A stretch of 64,000 nucleotides of DNA from NCBI GenBank assembly GCA_951406725.2, contig OX597820.1:108004001-108068000 (forward strand). Reading direction: 5' to 3'. The stretch comes from Octopus vulgaris. Taxonomy: Eukaryota. Under the pieces are notes generated by a model that was given only the letters and a program-made list of their open reading frames with translations, did not search any database and had not been told where the DNA came from. Each line of letters opens with the position of its first letter. The first letter of the stretch is position 1. Below, in pieces: positions 1 to 14,000 of this stretch. The translations under genes and the position numbers were made by a program.

Positions 1-99
1 TATTAGTAATCTATTAAAGCTAGCAGATGGAATAGTTTGTACTTTATTATTGAATGAAATTTAGAAATTACAAAAGACGAGTTTTACATTCATTTTAAA

Positions 100-228
100 T
101 TTCTTTTATTCTTTTATTTCAGTCATTTGACAGTGGCCATGCTGCAGCACCACCTTAAGTCAAACGAATTAACCCCAGGATTTATTCTTTGTAAGCCTAG
201 TACTTATTCTATCAGCTTCTTTTGCTGA
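100..228 (-). mobile_element. 3' part of tRNA-derived SINE, interrupted by an RTE LINE
   Basis: Reverse complement of the SINE tail seen intact at 22600-22744 (cagtcatttgac...ccatgctg.agcacc; gtacttattctatc). Confidence 0.75.
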
Positions 229-3200
229 TATCATCATCATCATTTAACGTCCGTTTTCCGTGCTAGCATGGGTTGGATGGTTCAACCGGGGTCTGTTAAG
301 CCATGGTGGCTGCACCAGGCTCGTCTGATTTGGCAGTGTTTCTACAGCTGGATGCCCTTCCTAACGCCAACCACTCCATGAGTGTAGTGGGTGTTTTTAC
401 GTGCCACCAGCACAGGAGCCAGCATAGGCTGGCAAAATCCACGATCAGTTGGTGCTTTTACATGTCACCGATATAGACGCCAGTCAGGCGACGCTAGTAA
501 CTGCTACGCTCGAACGGTGCTTTTACGTGTCACCAGCACTGGTGTCTTAACTACAATTACCATTCGAATTTTTAATGTTGATGAACTTGACTCAACAGGC
601 CTCCTCAAGAACAGCGGGTCACTCTATGATCCAAGGTTGGCACAGCAGGCCGTCCTGCGAGCCATGAACTCACTTCATTTGTCGGGTCTTCGAAGTCACA
701 GCATATCTCCAGAGGTCTCGGTCTTTCATCATAGCCTCTGTGAGGCTCAAAGTACGAAGGTCATGCTTGACCACCTGGTCCCAAGTTTTCCTGGGTCTAC
801 CTCTACCCTGGGTTCCTTCAACATTTGGGAGTGGCACTTCTTCACACATCTCTCCTTGTCCATCTTTAGTACATGACCGTACCAACGCAATCGTCTCTTC
901 TGCACACTGCATCCCATGTTTCTTATGCCCAACATTTCTCTCAGGACGCTTACACTCTGTCGTGCACGGAGACTGACATTGCACATCCAGCAGATAATGC
1001 TAGCTTCATTTCTTTCAAGTCTACACATGTCCTCCGCAGTCACAGGCCCATGTTTCACTGCCATGAAGCATTGCAGTTCGCACACATGCATCGTACAATC
1101 TACCTTTCACTCTGAGTGAGAGACACTTTGTCGCCAGTAGGGGGAGAAGCTTTCTAAACTCTGCCCAGATTATTCTTATTTTAGCGGTAACGCTCTCTGA
1201 GCATCCACCCCCACTACTAACTTCGTCACCTAGGTAGCGGAAACTATCAACTACTTCTAGTTCCTCCCCAATGGAATCTGTTTTCTGAGTATCAATGGTG
1301 CCAATTGCCCCTGTGTATCTGCCGCACATGAAAGCTATCTTCTCGGTTAATTTTCCTTTGATATTGCTGCACCTCTTATGTGTCCATAGCTTACACTGGG
1401 TACATCTTATGGAGTTTCTACCTACACCTTTTCTACAGATCGAGCAGGGCCACCTACCTGAAGGGGTGTGTGGTGAGTTTGCCTTCCTACTTACTAGAAC
1501 TTTGGTCTTTGCTACATTGACTCTAAGGCCTTTTGATTCTAAACCTAGCTGCCACACACGAAATTTCTTCTCTAGTTCCAGTAGCAATTCTGCTACAAGG
1601 CCTAGGTCATCGGCATAGAGGAGCTCCCAGGGACAACCCGTCTTAAATTCCTCTGTTATTGCCTGGAGGACTATCATGAATAAAAGGGGGCTGAGGGCTG
1701 AGCCTTGGTGGACGCCAACTTCTACTCTGAATTCTTCACTGTACTCATTGCCAATCCTAACCTTACTACTAGCCTCTCTGTAGAGAGCTTGTACAGCCCT
1801 TATTAACCATTCGTCAATCTCCAGTTTCCACATCGCCCACCAGATAAGGGATCGTGGGACCCTATCAAAGGCTTTCTCCAAGTCCACAAAAGCTAAGTAT
1901 AGGGGCTTATCTTTGGCTAGGTATTTCTCCTGCAGTTCTCGAACCATAAATATAGCATCAGTTGTGCTTCTACCCGGCATCTCATCAAGGCTAACTCTCT
2001 CCCTAATTAGTTGGGCTATGACCCTCTCTGTGACCATCATTACCTGATCCAGCAGTTTAATACCCCTGTAGTTATTTCTATCTAGAGCATCACCTTTACC
2101 CTTGTAGCAGTTCACTATGGTGCTGCTACGCCAGTCATTGGGTATGACTCCATCTTGAACTACTTGGTTTACAATGCAGGTGACTAGGCCGTAGCCCACA
2201 CCACCAGATGTTTTAAGCATCTCAGTGGTGATTCCTGATGGGCCGGGGGCTTTACCTGGTTTCATACCCTTAATTGCCTTAACTACAAGGGAGCTCTCTA
2301 TTTGGATAGCTGGTCCCTCTACTGGGTCAACATTTGGCAGGCTCTCCTCCTCCCATTCATTCTCCACATTCAGCAGTCTTTCATAATGGCTTCTCCAAGC
2401 CTCTTTCTTTTCACCAACATTAAAAGCAAGTGTCCCATCATCCATGCGGACACATTTCTCTCCTGTAACATCACTATTTTCTCTCAAACACTGTCTAGCA
2501 GTACGAAATACCTCGGTTCTTTGGTCCTCACGTCGCTGGACATTGGAAAACTTCTTCTTTTCTGCTATATCTTTGGCTATGTATACCTGCCGCCCGGCCT
2601 CCCTTTTGGCTACTTGGTACGGTTCCCTGCTACCTCCAGGCTCTCCAGGCCTGTTTCTTTGCCCTGATGGCCTTGTCTACTGTACTATTCCACCACCACG
2701 TAACTCTGGGTCTGGAAGGGACTTTGCACCAGCCACAGACCTGGTCTGTGGCACTCAGCAAGCTGTCCTATAGGAATTGCCAGCTACCTTCTATGTCCGT
2801 TGTCTGTAGCTCCTCCTCCCTCTCCTCAAATTTCTTGATGAGGATGTCCCTCAATCTCTGACCATGTGAAGGGTTCTTTAGCTTCCAAATCCTTCTTTTT
2901 TGGATTGGTTTGCTTCTTGGTATCCTTCTGGCCTCAAGTCTAAAGTCACTAATGACTAGCCTATGCTCGGGGGGTACATTCTTCACCCGGGAGGGTCTTT
3001 GCATTTGAGAGCAACCCTGCGTCCCGCTGTCTGGTGTGGATGAAATCAATCTGGCTAGCAGAGTCCCCTGATTGATAGGTTATAAGGCGACTGTCTGGCT
3101 ACCTGAAGTTAGTGTTGCAGATTAAAATGTTACATGCATTACAGAACTGCAGTAGCCTAGTCCCCTCATCATTTCGGGTGCCAATACCATGGCCACTGTT

Positions 3201-4047
3201 TACCCCAGTGATGATACCCGATTCCCGCCCAACATGCCCATTAAAGTCTCCAGCCACAAAGATGAGGTCATTGCCACTCGTCTTTGAGGTAGCCTGTAGA
3301 AGGGTGTCATAAAAGTGGTCCTTCTGATCATTTGGTAGCCCCGCATGTGGGGCGTAGACGGAGATGATAGTAACTGTGCTATTCTGCATTAATAGCCTGA
3401 GCTTAAGTACTCTATCACATACCCTAACAACCTCTATAAACTTATCCACCCATTTCTCTGAGATGAGAATGCCTACACTTCCTATACCATCCATGTTACC
3501 TTGCCAGAAGAATTTGTACCTATGTGCCTTGCCTGTGAGGACCCTAGCTGAAGCTCCTCTCCATCTTACCTCTTGTATGCAGCATACATCAACCCGTCTC
3601 CTTTCAAGCATCTCTACAATCTCACTAGACGTACCTTTCATTGTGCCAACATTAACAGTGCCAACTCTGAAAACTGGGAAGGAAATGTGGGGTGAGGTTT
3701 GGAGTAGAGGGATACTATTCAACGCCTGAAATGAAGAGGGTTGTTGTGGTGGTGTTTGTTTATTTGGCATACTTAATCCTTTCTCTTTTTTCTTTCTACC
3801 TCTCTTCCAATCTGACAACATTCAAGCATGTTAAGGATGTTGCCCCCACCGGAGGTAGGAGCTGGTGTTAGTGTCATGAGCGATGCAGATACATGCAGCG
3901 TAGCAGATTGGCAAATTGATACTCCAATGTCAGGTTACAAGGGTGTCGGCTGAAAATGTTGCAATGCGTGGGTAGAGGGGGATTGCATGGATAAAGGCAG
4001 GTACCACCAACGAAGAGGGTTCAGAGGAGAAGAAGGCTCATTCCTAT
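229..4047 (-). mobile_element. Near full-length RTE-clade LINE (APE endonuclease plus RT), frameshifted
   Basis: ORFs 3099-3821 (GTVNVG, IQEVRW, VYAP, GDFNGHVG), 2768-3049, 1021-2487 (FVDLEKAFDRVP, GVHQGS, YADD), 747-1091 and 670-984 (RLRWYGHV, RGRGRPRKTW). 3' UTR ends catgctagca...gacgttaaa(tga)n. The 5' boundary is approximate. Confidence 0.93.
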
Positions 4048-4102
4048 ATATACACAGGCACAATCACACTCAGATATAGGTATATATGTATAAATATATA
4101 TG

Positions 4103-4193
4103 TATTCTCTTTTACTCTTTTACTTGTTTCAGTCATTTGACTGCGGCCATGCTGGAGCACCACCTTTAAACGAGCAACTTGACCCCGGGACTT
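4103..4193 (-). mobile_element. SINE 3' tail fragment
   Basis: ttttactcttttacttgtttcagtcatttgactgcggccatgctggagcacc is the reverse complement of the SINE tail at 22687-22744. Confidence 0.8.
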
Positions 4194-4236
4194 ATATGTA
4201 TAAATATATATGTATATGTATAAATATATATACATG

Positions 4237-4283
<47 letters not shown>

Positions 4284-4294
4284 CATTATATATA

Positions 4295-4493
4295 AGGGCT
4301 TAGTAAAATAAATTACTTTGCCACATACTGAACTCATTAGAGATAGCAGCTAAAGAAATTTCTTCAGCTATCTCTAATACTTAAAGATCTCTCTCAGATA
4401 GTGCTTGCCTAAACCAACTCACAAAAGTATGGGGGAAAAAACATTAAAAAATCAAGTGCAAAGGTTATTTGAGAACGTACGTTTCTAGATTAA
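4295..4493 (-). mobile_element. Penelope-like pseudo-LTR fragment related to 16552-17140; retains the 3' half of an HHR
   Basis: agggcttagtaaaataaattactttgccacatactgaact is identical to 16571-16610. The minus strand reads GAAAC-GTAC-GTT-ctcaaa at ~4468-4485. Confidence 0.6.
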
Positions 4494-4930
4494 TATATAT
4501 ATATATATGTGTATATATATATGTATATGTATATATATATATATGTGTATATATATATATATGTATATGTATATATATGTATATGTACATATATATATTT
4601 TTTTTACATGTATATATATATATATATACGTATGTATATGTATATATATAAAATATGTACATATATATGTATGTATATATATACATATATATATATATAT
4701 ACATATATATATACATATATATATATACATATATATATATATACATATATATATACATATATATATACATATATATATACATATATATAAACATATATAT
4801 ATATACATATATATATATACATACATATATATACAAACATATATATATGTAAATATATATATATATATATATATATCGTCATCGTCATTTAACGTCCGCT
4901 TTCCATGCTAGCATATATATATATACATAT

Positions 4931-5337
4931 CAGTAGAATTTATAGCTGCGATACCAGTGCCGGTGGCGCATAGGAGAACCATCCGAACGTGGTCGTAGCC
5001 AGCGCCACCCTGACTGGCTACCGTGTCGGTGGCATGTAAAAAGCACCATCTGACCGTGGCCGTTGCCAGATTTGTCTGGTTTCCGTGCCAGTGGCACAGA
5101 AGAAGCACCATCCGATCGTGGCCATATGCCAGCCTCGTCTGGCGCCTGTGCCGGTGGCACATAAAAAGTACCCACTACACTCACGGAGTGTTGGCGATAG
5201 GAAGGGCATCCAGCTGCAGAAACACTGCCAGATCAGACTGGAGCCTGGTGCAGCCTTCTGGCTTCCCAGACCCTGGTCGAACCATCCAACCCATGCTAGC
5301 ATGGAAAGCGAACGTTAAACGATGATGATGATGATGA
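4931..5337 (+). mobile_element. 5'-truncated RTE 3' UTR
   Basis: ggaagggcatccagctg...ccatgctagcatggaaagcgaacgttaaac(gat)n tail. A short inverted piece of the same tail is at 4877-4913. Confidence 0.85.
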
Positions 5338-5344
5338 TACATAT

Positions 5345-5378
<34 letters not shown>

Positions 5379-5570
5379 ATATACATATATATATATACAT
5401 ATACATATATATATATACATATATATATATACATATACATATATATATATACATATATATACATATACATATATATATATACATATATATGTATATATAT
5501 ATATATATACATATATACGTATATATACATATACATATATATACTTATACATATATATACTTATATATAC

Positions 5571-5623
<53 letters not shown>

Positions 5624-8085
5624 CATCATCATCATCATCGCTTAACGTCCGTTTTCAGCGCTAGCACGGGTTGGACGGTTCGACCGGGGTCTGGGAAGCC
5701 AGGGGCTGCACCAGGCTCCAGTCTTATCTGGCAGTGTTTCTACAGCTGGATGCCCTTCCTAACGCCAACCACTCTGCGAGTGTAGTGGGTGCTTTTTACA
5801 TGCCACCTGCACAGGTGCCAGGGGGGTCTGGCATAGGCCACGATGGGTTGGTGCTTTTAATGTGCCACCGGCACGGAAGCCATCCAAGGCAGCGCTGGCA
5901 TCGGCCACGTTCGGATGGTGCTTTTTATGTGCCACCGGCACAGGTATCACAACTACTATTTCCATTGATTTTTGTTTCGATGTTCATGTACATGCACTTG
6001 ACTCAACAGGTCTCCTCAAGCACAACGAGATGTTCCAGGATCCAAGGTACTTTGAATGGGCAGGGGCTATGCGGAACTGCTGCCGGAAGCATCCCGGGTC
6101 TTTGTAGTCACAGCACATCTCCAGAGATCTCGGTCCTTCGCCATTGCCTCAGTGAGGCCCAACGTTCTGAGGTCATGCTTGACTACCTCATCTCATGTCT
6201 TCCTGGGTCTACCTCTCCCCCTGATTCCTTCAACTGTTCGGGAGTGGCACTTCTTCACACATCTCTCCTCATCCATCTGCAGTACATGACCATACCATCG
6301 CAAGTGTCGCTCTTGCACACTGCATCTGATGCTTCTTATGTCTAGCATTTCTCTCAGGGTGCTTATACTCTGTCATGCATTCACACTGACATTACACATC
6401 CAGCAGATCATGCTAGCTTCATTTCTTTCAAGTCTACGCATGTCCTCTGCAGTCACAGGCCCATGTTTCACTGCCGTGAAGCATGGTAGTTCGCACACAT
6501 GCATCATACAATCTACCTTTCACTCTGAGTGAGAGACCCTTTGTCGCCAGTAGGGGTAGGAGCTTTCTAAACTTTGCCCAGGCTATTCGTATTCTAGTGG
6601 TGACACTCTCTGAGCATCCACTTCCACTAGTAACTTGGTCACCCAGGTAGCGGAAACTATCAACTACTTCTAGTTTCTCACCCTGGAGTGTGATGGAATC
6701 TGTTTTCTGAGTATTTGTGGTGTCTATTGTCCCTGTGCATCTGCCACACATGAAAGCTATCTTATCAGTTAATTTCCCTTTGATGTTGCTGCACCTCTTA
6801 TGTGTCCATAGCTTACACTGGGTGCATCTTATAGAGTTTCTACCTACACCTTTCCTACAGCTCGAGCAGGGCCACCTGCCCGATGGGGTGTGTGCTGAGT
6901 TCGCCTTTCTGCTTACTATAACTTTGGTCTTCGCTACATTTACTCTAAGGCCCTTTAATTCTAACCCTTGTTTCCAACCCGAAATTTCTTTTCTAGTTCC
7001 GGTAGTGATTCTGCTATGAGAGCCAGGTCATCAGCATAGAGGAGCTCCCAGGGGCAACCTGTTTTGAATTCCTCTGTTATTGCCTGGAGGACTATGATGA
7101 ATAAAAGGGTACTGAGGGCTGAGCCTTGGTGTACACCTACTTCTACCCGGAATTCTTCACTATTTTCGTTGCCAATCCTAACCTTGCTGACAGCTTCTCT
7201 GTACAGCCCTTATTAGCCATTCGTCAATCTCCAGTTTCCGCATCGACCACCAGATAAGGGATCAGGGAACCCTGTCAAAGGCTTTCTCCAAGTTCACAAA
7301 AGCTATGTAGAGGGGTTTATCTTTAGCTAGGTACTTCTCCTGCAGTTGTCGGACCAGGAATATAGCATCAGTGGTGCTTCTACCCGGCACAAAACCGAAC
7401 TGCATCTCATCTACGCAAATTCTCTCCCTAATGAGATGGGTTATGACCCTCTCTGTGACCTTCATCACCTGATCCAACAGTTTAATACCCCTGTAGTTAT
7501 TTCTATCTAGAGCATCACCCTTACCCTTGTAGCAGTTCACTATGGTGCTGCTACGCCAGTCATTGGGTATGACTCCATTATGAACTACATGGTTAACAAT
7601 ACAGGTGACTAGGCCATAGCCCACATAACCAGCTGTTTTAAGCATCTCAGCAGTGATACCTGATGGGACGGGGACTTTACCTGGTTTCATACCCTTAATT
7701 GCCTTAACTACAAGGGAGCCCTCTATTTGGATAGCTGGTCCCTCTACTGGGTCAACATTTGGCAGGCTCTCCTCCTCCCATTCATTCTCCACATTCAGCA
7801 GTCTTTCATAATGGCTTCTCCAAGCCTCTTTCTTTTAACCAACATTAAAAGCAAGTGTCCCATTATCCATGCGGACACATTTCTCTCCTGTAACATCACT
7901 ATTTTCTCTCAAACACTGTCTAGCAGTACGAAATACCTCGGTTCTTTGGTCCTCACGTCGCTGGACATTGGCAAACTTCTTCTTTTCTGCTATATCTTTG
8001 GCTATGTATACCTGCCGCCCGGCCTCCCTTTTGGCTACTTGGTACGGTTCCCTGCTACCTCCAGGCTCACCAGGCCTGTTTCTTT
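5624..8085 (-). mobile_element. 5'-truncated RTE LINE (RT and 3' UTR), disrupted
   Basis: ORFs 7262-7792 and 6434-6751 are homologous to 1021-2487. (cat)n tail at 5624. Confidence 0.92.
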
Positions 8086-8230
8086 GAACTAATGACTTTG
8101 TTTACTGCACTACATATACATATATATATAAATGTATATATGTATATATGTATATGTGTATATGTGTATATATGTATGTATATATATATATATATAAATG
8201 TACATATATATATGTATATATATGTATGTA

Positions 8231-8281
<51 letters not shown>

Positions 8282-8337
8282 ATGTATATATATGTGTATA
8301 TACTTGACTCAACAGGTCTCCTCAAGAACAGCGGCAC

Positions 8338-8370
<33 letters not shown>

Positions 8371-8378
8371 GATACATA

Positions 8379-11067
8379 ATGTCCCAAATCACTCAGGCAT
8401 GTTTGAAGACTGCCTAACAAAAATAGGAGAAGTCCTCACAAACCTTGAACAACACAAGTGTATTCTTCATGGGTGACTTTAACTTCCCCAATGTGGAATG
8501 GCCTGGGGGGCAGATGCGCTCAGGGATGACACACCATCAGCAGGCACAGGCAGAGTCCCTGCTCCATCTCACAAATGCCTCTTTCATGGAGCAAATAGTT
8601 CTGCAACCAACAAGGGCAGATAATATACTGGATCTCTGCTTCACAAACAATATGGATATTATCCATAATGTTAATGTGATGCCGACAATGATCTCGGATC
8701 ACAACATAATAGAGCTGTCTATGTATGGAACAAAAGCCCCTGTAGACACACAGCCTATACGAAGCATCCACCATCTCTCCAACTTAAACTTTCATAAAGC
8801 AAACTGGAAGTTGATTGAGAAAGAGATCCTCAAACAGGATTGGCCTAAATGTCTCTCCACACTGGACATGAACATGAAACACAAACACTTCATGTCCATA
8901 ATACAAGCCATATGTGACAAATATATCCCAGTGTGAAGGGCCAGCACACACAGAAACAAAAACAGGATCCCAAGAGAAAGGAAGATTGTTATAAGACGAC
9001 GGACAAGGATTGCGAACCGCCTGAGCAAGCACACCAAAAGTGGTGAGAAGTCTCGGCTCGAGAGAATGCTAATGGAAATTGAGAAAAGTCTGCATCAGTC
9101 CCATGAAAACGAGAGAGCAGATAAAGAAGCTTGGGTAATAGAAAATATAAAATCAAACCCTAAAGCTTTCTTTAAGTTTGCCAAAGAGACAGCCACAGTG
9201 CACCAGAGAATAGGACCTCTCTTCCAAAAGATGGCTCTCTCACAGGAAATCCCACGAGGATAAGTGAAATACTGAACGAACAATTCCAAAGTGTGTTCAC
9301 TACACCTCTAGGACACAGGCAAGTAAACAACCCAGAAGAATTCTTTGCCACTTTAACTGCGGCCAAAGAGGCAAAAAGTGAGTACATCAACATCGAAGAT
9401 AAATGAGATTGACACAAACTCAGCTGCTGGACCTGATGGATTCCCAGCGATCCTTCTCAAATCGTGAAAATGAGCCCTTGCAAAACCGCTACAGCTTCTT
9501 TTTCAGAGCTTTCTTGCAAGTGGTAAGCTCCCAGTCAAATTGAAAGTGGGGGTAATATGCCCTATCCATAAGGGAGGTAGCAGAGCAGATGCTAAAAATT
9601 ATTGGCCTATCTCTCTGACCTCACACATCAGCAAAGTCATGGAACGAATAGTCCGTAAGAAACTAATCATGTTCCTTGAAGAAAATGACTTGCTGTCTGA
9701 CACCCAGCATGGATTTCGACAAGGTAGAAGCTGCTTAACACAGCTCCTGCAACACTATGACTGGGTGTTGAAACAGCTACTAGATGGCTCAAATGTGGAT
9801 GTAATATATCTCGACTTTGCAAAAGCCTTTGATAAAGTCGACCATGGTATGATCTGTCACAAACTGCGTGGTCTCGGCATAGGCGGGAAACTTGGAGAGT
9901 GACTGCACAACTTCCTAAAAGACAGAAAACAGGCAGTTGTGAGCAATGGAGCCTCCTCCACGGAAACACAAATAACAAGCGGTGTCCCACAGGGCACTGT
10001 CTTGGGGCCACTGATGTTCATAGTGGCCCTTTCAGACATGCCTTCAGTTGCTACGATGACCACACTTGCTAGCTATGCAGATGACATAAAAGTCTCCCAC
10101 ACAATACAAAACCCTGAAAATATAGCGCATCTGCAACAGGAGTTCGACACAATATACAGGTGGGCTGAGGACAACAACATGCAGTTTAATGAAGGTAAGT
10201 TCCAGGCCCTGCGCTACTGGCACACAAAGGTAAACGACGTGAAGACTGGATACACTGGCCCAGGAAGAATTGCAATCCCTGAGTCAAAATCAGTGCATGA
10301 CCTGGGCATTGACATAAGCAATGATGCATCTTTCCAAGTGCATATTACTAATCTGGTGATAAAATGCAGACGGCTAGCTGGATGGATTCTCCGAACTTTC
10401 AGAACAAGAGAGAAGGAGACACTGATGGTCCTATGGAAAACATTCGTCCTCAGCCGCTTGGACTACTGCTCCCAACTATGGTCACCACACAATATAAAAC
10501 TAACAGCAGAACTCGAAGCAATTCAGAGAAGCTACACAAAGAAAATCGTCTCAATGCAAAATATCAGCTACTGGGAAAGACTGAAGGTATTAAACCTTTC
10601 TCCCTAGAGCGGAGGCGGGAGAGATATGCGGTGATATACATCTGGAAAGTCCTGGAGGGTCTTGTCCCAAACTTTGGCATTCAAAGTTACCCCAACAGCA
10701 GAACGGGGCGCCACTGCATGGTGCCAAGGATTCCAACATCACCATCAAAATACAGGTCCAGATACTGCATCAGCTTGGGTTTCAGAGGACCACAGCTCTT
10801 TAACGTCCTCCCTAAATGCCTGAGAGACTTACATGGTGTGGATGTGGGTTTCTTTAAAACTAAACTGGATCTCTTCTTGTCGGGAGTCCCAGATGAACCT
10901 ACCTTACGACAGGAGACGCAGATGCGGGCAGCAACATCGAACTCCCTTGTTGATCAAGTGCCACGTATCAGAGGTGGATTCACATATTAGTGTAGCACAT
11001 TCAGCAGTGGTGCCCCAGCATGGCCGCAGCCATCGGGCTAAAACATTTTTAAGGATTTTAAGGATTT
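8379..11067 (+). mobile_element. 5'-truncated CR1/L2-group LINE, copy 1 (EN C-terminal part plus RT), with stops and frameshifts
   Basis: GDFNFP, LDLCFTN, SDHN; QHGFR, YLDFAKAFDKVDH, SGVPQGTVLGP, YADD, SLERRRERY. 3' end ggtgccccagcatggccgcagccatcgggctaaaac plus (ttttaagga)2. Confidence 0.92.
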
Positions 11068-11082
11068 TTATATATATATATA

Positions 11083-14000
11083 TGGCCGTGGAGATGGAGA
11101 ACCCAGGGAAGAAGTAGAGGGAGGAAGAACTAAAAGAAGGACTGAAAGAGCTAAAGGAAAAGCTCAAGCAGGACCAAAGGGTGAAACAACCAGGAATAGA
11201 AGTGGAACCGCAAAGGATGGAACCAAACAGCGCACACGGGTGTGTAGGTTCTACCTGAGAGGTACCTGCTGGCATGGAAAGGAAGGTGCAGGCTGCCGCT
11301 TTGCACATCGGGGACCCTGCCGCAGAGAACGAAACAGATAAACAAACCATCAACACAAGGAAAAGGGATGGACCACGCACCACCTGCCCCAAAACGGAGG
11401 TACGCAGATGTGGTGCGTGCCACAAACCGCCAACATGATGTTGTTGAAAGGGCAGCTGCTGAGCAGCAATCTTTTTGTGCATGGCACAAAAGATTGTACA
11501 GCAGCTGACCTGGCTTCATCAAACCCAAGCTCGCAGGTGGGACTACCCACTATATACAAGACCACCACAGCAAACAGACCCAGGATGGACACTGCCGGCA
11601 ACAACATACACCTCACCTCGATGCTCCTACTGAACATCAGAGGACTGCAACCACTCAGTAACAGGACAAAAATCCCGTTCTTGAGAGACTTTGTTGCATG
11701 CAATCAAGCCTTATGCATAGCACTTACGGAAACGCACCTGAAACCGGACATAGCAGATGCGGAGTTACACATACCACAGTATGTTGTACTACGGACCGAC
11801 AGAAAAGAAAGGAGTCATGGAGGAGTTGCTATGTACATCCGTGAGGACCTCACACCCCAGGTCCTCTTGTCATACTCAAACTCGGTGTGTGACACACTAA
11901 TTGTACATATAAGGCAACTTGATGTAGTTGTGTGTGCTACATATCGCCCTCCAGATGCCCCAAGCCATGTGGGCAAGTTTTGAAGACTGCCTTATAAAAA
12001 TAGAAGAAGTTCTAATCACATTAGAACAACACATAAGTGTACTTCTTATGGGAGACTTCAATCTACCCAATGTCAGATGGCCCGAGGGCCTTTCTCTCCC
12101 AGGAATGACAAGATGTGAACGAGGACAGGCGAGGTCCCTCCTGAACTTCATCAACACCCTGTACATGGAGCAAGTAATACTCCAACCAACCAGGGCAGGT
12201 AACACACTGGATCTCTGCTTCACAAATGACATGGATCTCATCCATAATGTGAAAGTGACACCGACACTACTCTCGGATCACAACGTGGTAGAGCTGACCA
12301 TGTACGGGCCAAAAGAGAGCACGGACATGCAGCCTACAAGAAACCCTCAGAATCTTTCCAGCCTGAACTACCATAAGGCAAACTGGAAACAAATTGAGAA
12401 AGAGATCCTCAAAAAAAACTGGCCTAAATGTCTCTCCTCGCCAGACATCGACGTGAAACTTCAACAATTCATGTCTGTAATGCAAGCCATATGCTACAAA
12501 TGTGTCCCAGAGAGAAAGGCCACTGTACACAAGAACAAAATCCCCAGAGAGACGAAAATTTTAATGAGACGGCGCACAAAAATTTCAAATCGCCTAAACA
12601 AACAGATTGAAAGGAGTGAAAAGTCCCGTCTAAAAATAAAACTGTTGGAAATTGAAAAATGTCTGCAACTCTCCCATGAAAAGGAAAGAGCAGACAAAGA
12701 AGCCTGGGCTATAGACAACATAAAATCTAACCCCAGAGCTTTCTACAGGTATGCCAAAGAAACAGCTACGGTGCACTGTAGAATAGGATGGCACACTCAC
12801 AGGAAAACCAATGAGGGTAAGTGAAATACTGAATGAGCAATTCAAGAGTGTTTTCACTCCACCCCTTGGGCATTTCCAAATCACCAATCCAACTGACTTC
12901 TTTACCACTGCAGATATAAAATCAGAGGCGGCGACGATAGATTACATCAATATAAAGGAAGACGATGTAATAAAGGCTATAGATGAAATGAAAACAGACT
13001 CAGCTACTGGCCCCGATGGATTCCCGGCAATCCTCCTAAAAGCATGTAAGAGAGTCCTAGCAAGACCACTGCAGTTCCTCTTTCAGAGCTTCCTTGCAGC
13101 TGGCAAACTCCCAAGAAAACTGAAGGAAGGTAAAATATGCCCCATTCATAAAGGTGGTAGCAGAGCGGAGGCCAAGAACTACAGACCTATCTCTCTGACC
13201 TCACACATCAGCAAGGTCATGGAACGAATAGTCAGAAGGAAACTGATCACCTTCCTTGAAGAAAATGACTTGCTGTCCGACACCCAACATGGTTTCCGAC
13301 CAGGGAGAAGCTGTTTAACTCAGCTCCTACAACACTATGACTGGGTGCTGAAACGGCTGCTCAACCACTCAAATGTGGAAGTGATATATCTCGACTTTGC
13401 AAAGGCCTTTGATAAAGTCGATCATGGAATGATATGTCACAAACTGCGTGATCTTAGCATAGTTGGAAAACTGGGATAATGGCTTCATGACTTTCTGAAA
13501 GATAGAAGTCAGGTGGTAGTAGCCAATGGGGCCACTTCCATTAACACGCAAATAGTGAGCGGTGTTCCGCAGGGCACTGTTCTGGGACCACTACTGTTCA
13601 TAATGGCCCTCTCAGACATGCCCTCAGCCACGCAGAGAGCCACGATCACAAGTTATGCAGATGATACAAAAGTTTCACAGGCAATACAGAACCCTGAGGA
13701 CACTAAACGCCTGCAATGTGAGCTAGACAAAATATACAAGTGGGCCGAAAAGAATAGCATGCAGTTCAATGCTGAAAAGTTTCAAGCTTTATACTATCAG
13801 CATGCAAAACTAAATGCAATACCCAATGAATACACTGGACCCGGAGGAATAGCAATCCCAGAGGCACAATCAGTGCGTGACCTGGGTATTTACATGAGTG
13901 ATGACGCAACCTTTCGTGTACATATAGCTAAATTGGCAATGAAATGTAGACGACTGGCTGGATGGATTCTCAGAACCTTTAGAACAAGAGAACAAGAAAC

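Noticed and set aside
3830-4047. HDV-like ribozyme at the RTE 5' end
   Set aside because: I could not identify the nested double pseudoknot by eye; it needs a descriptor search.
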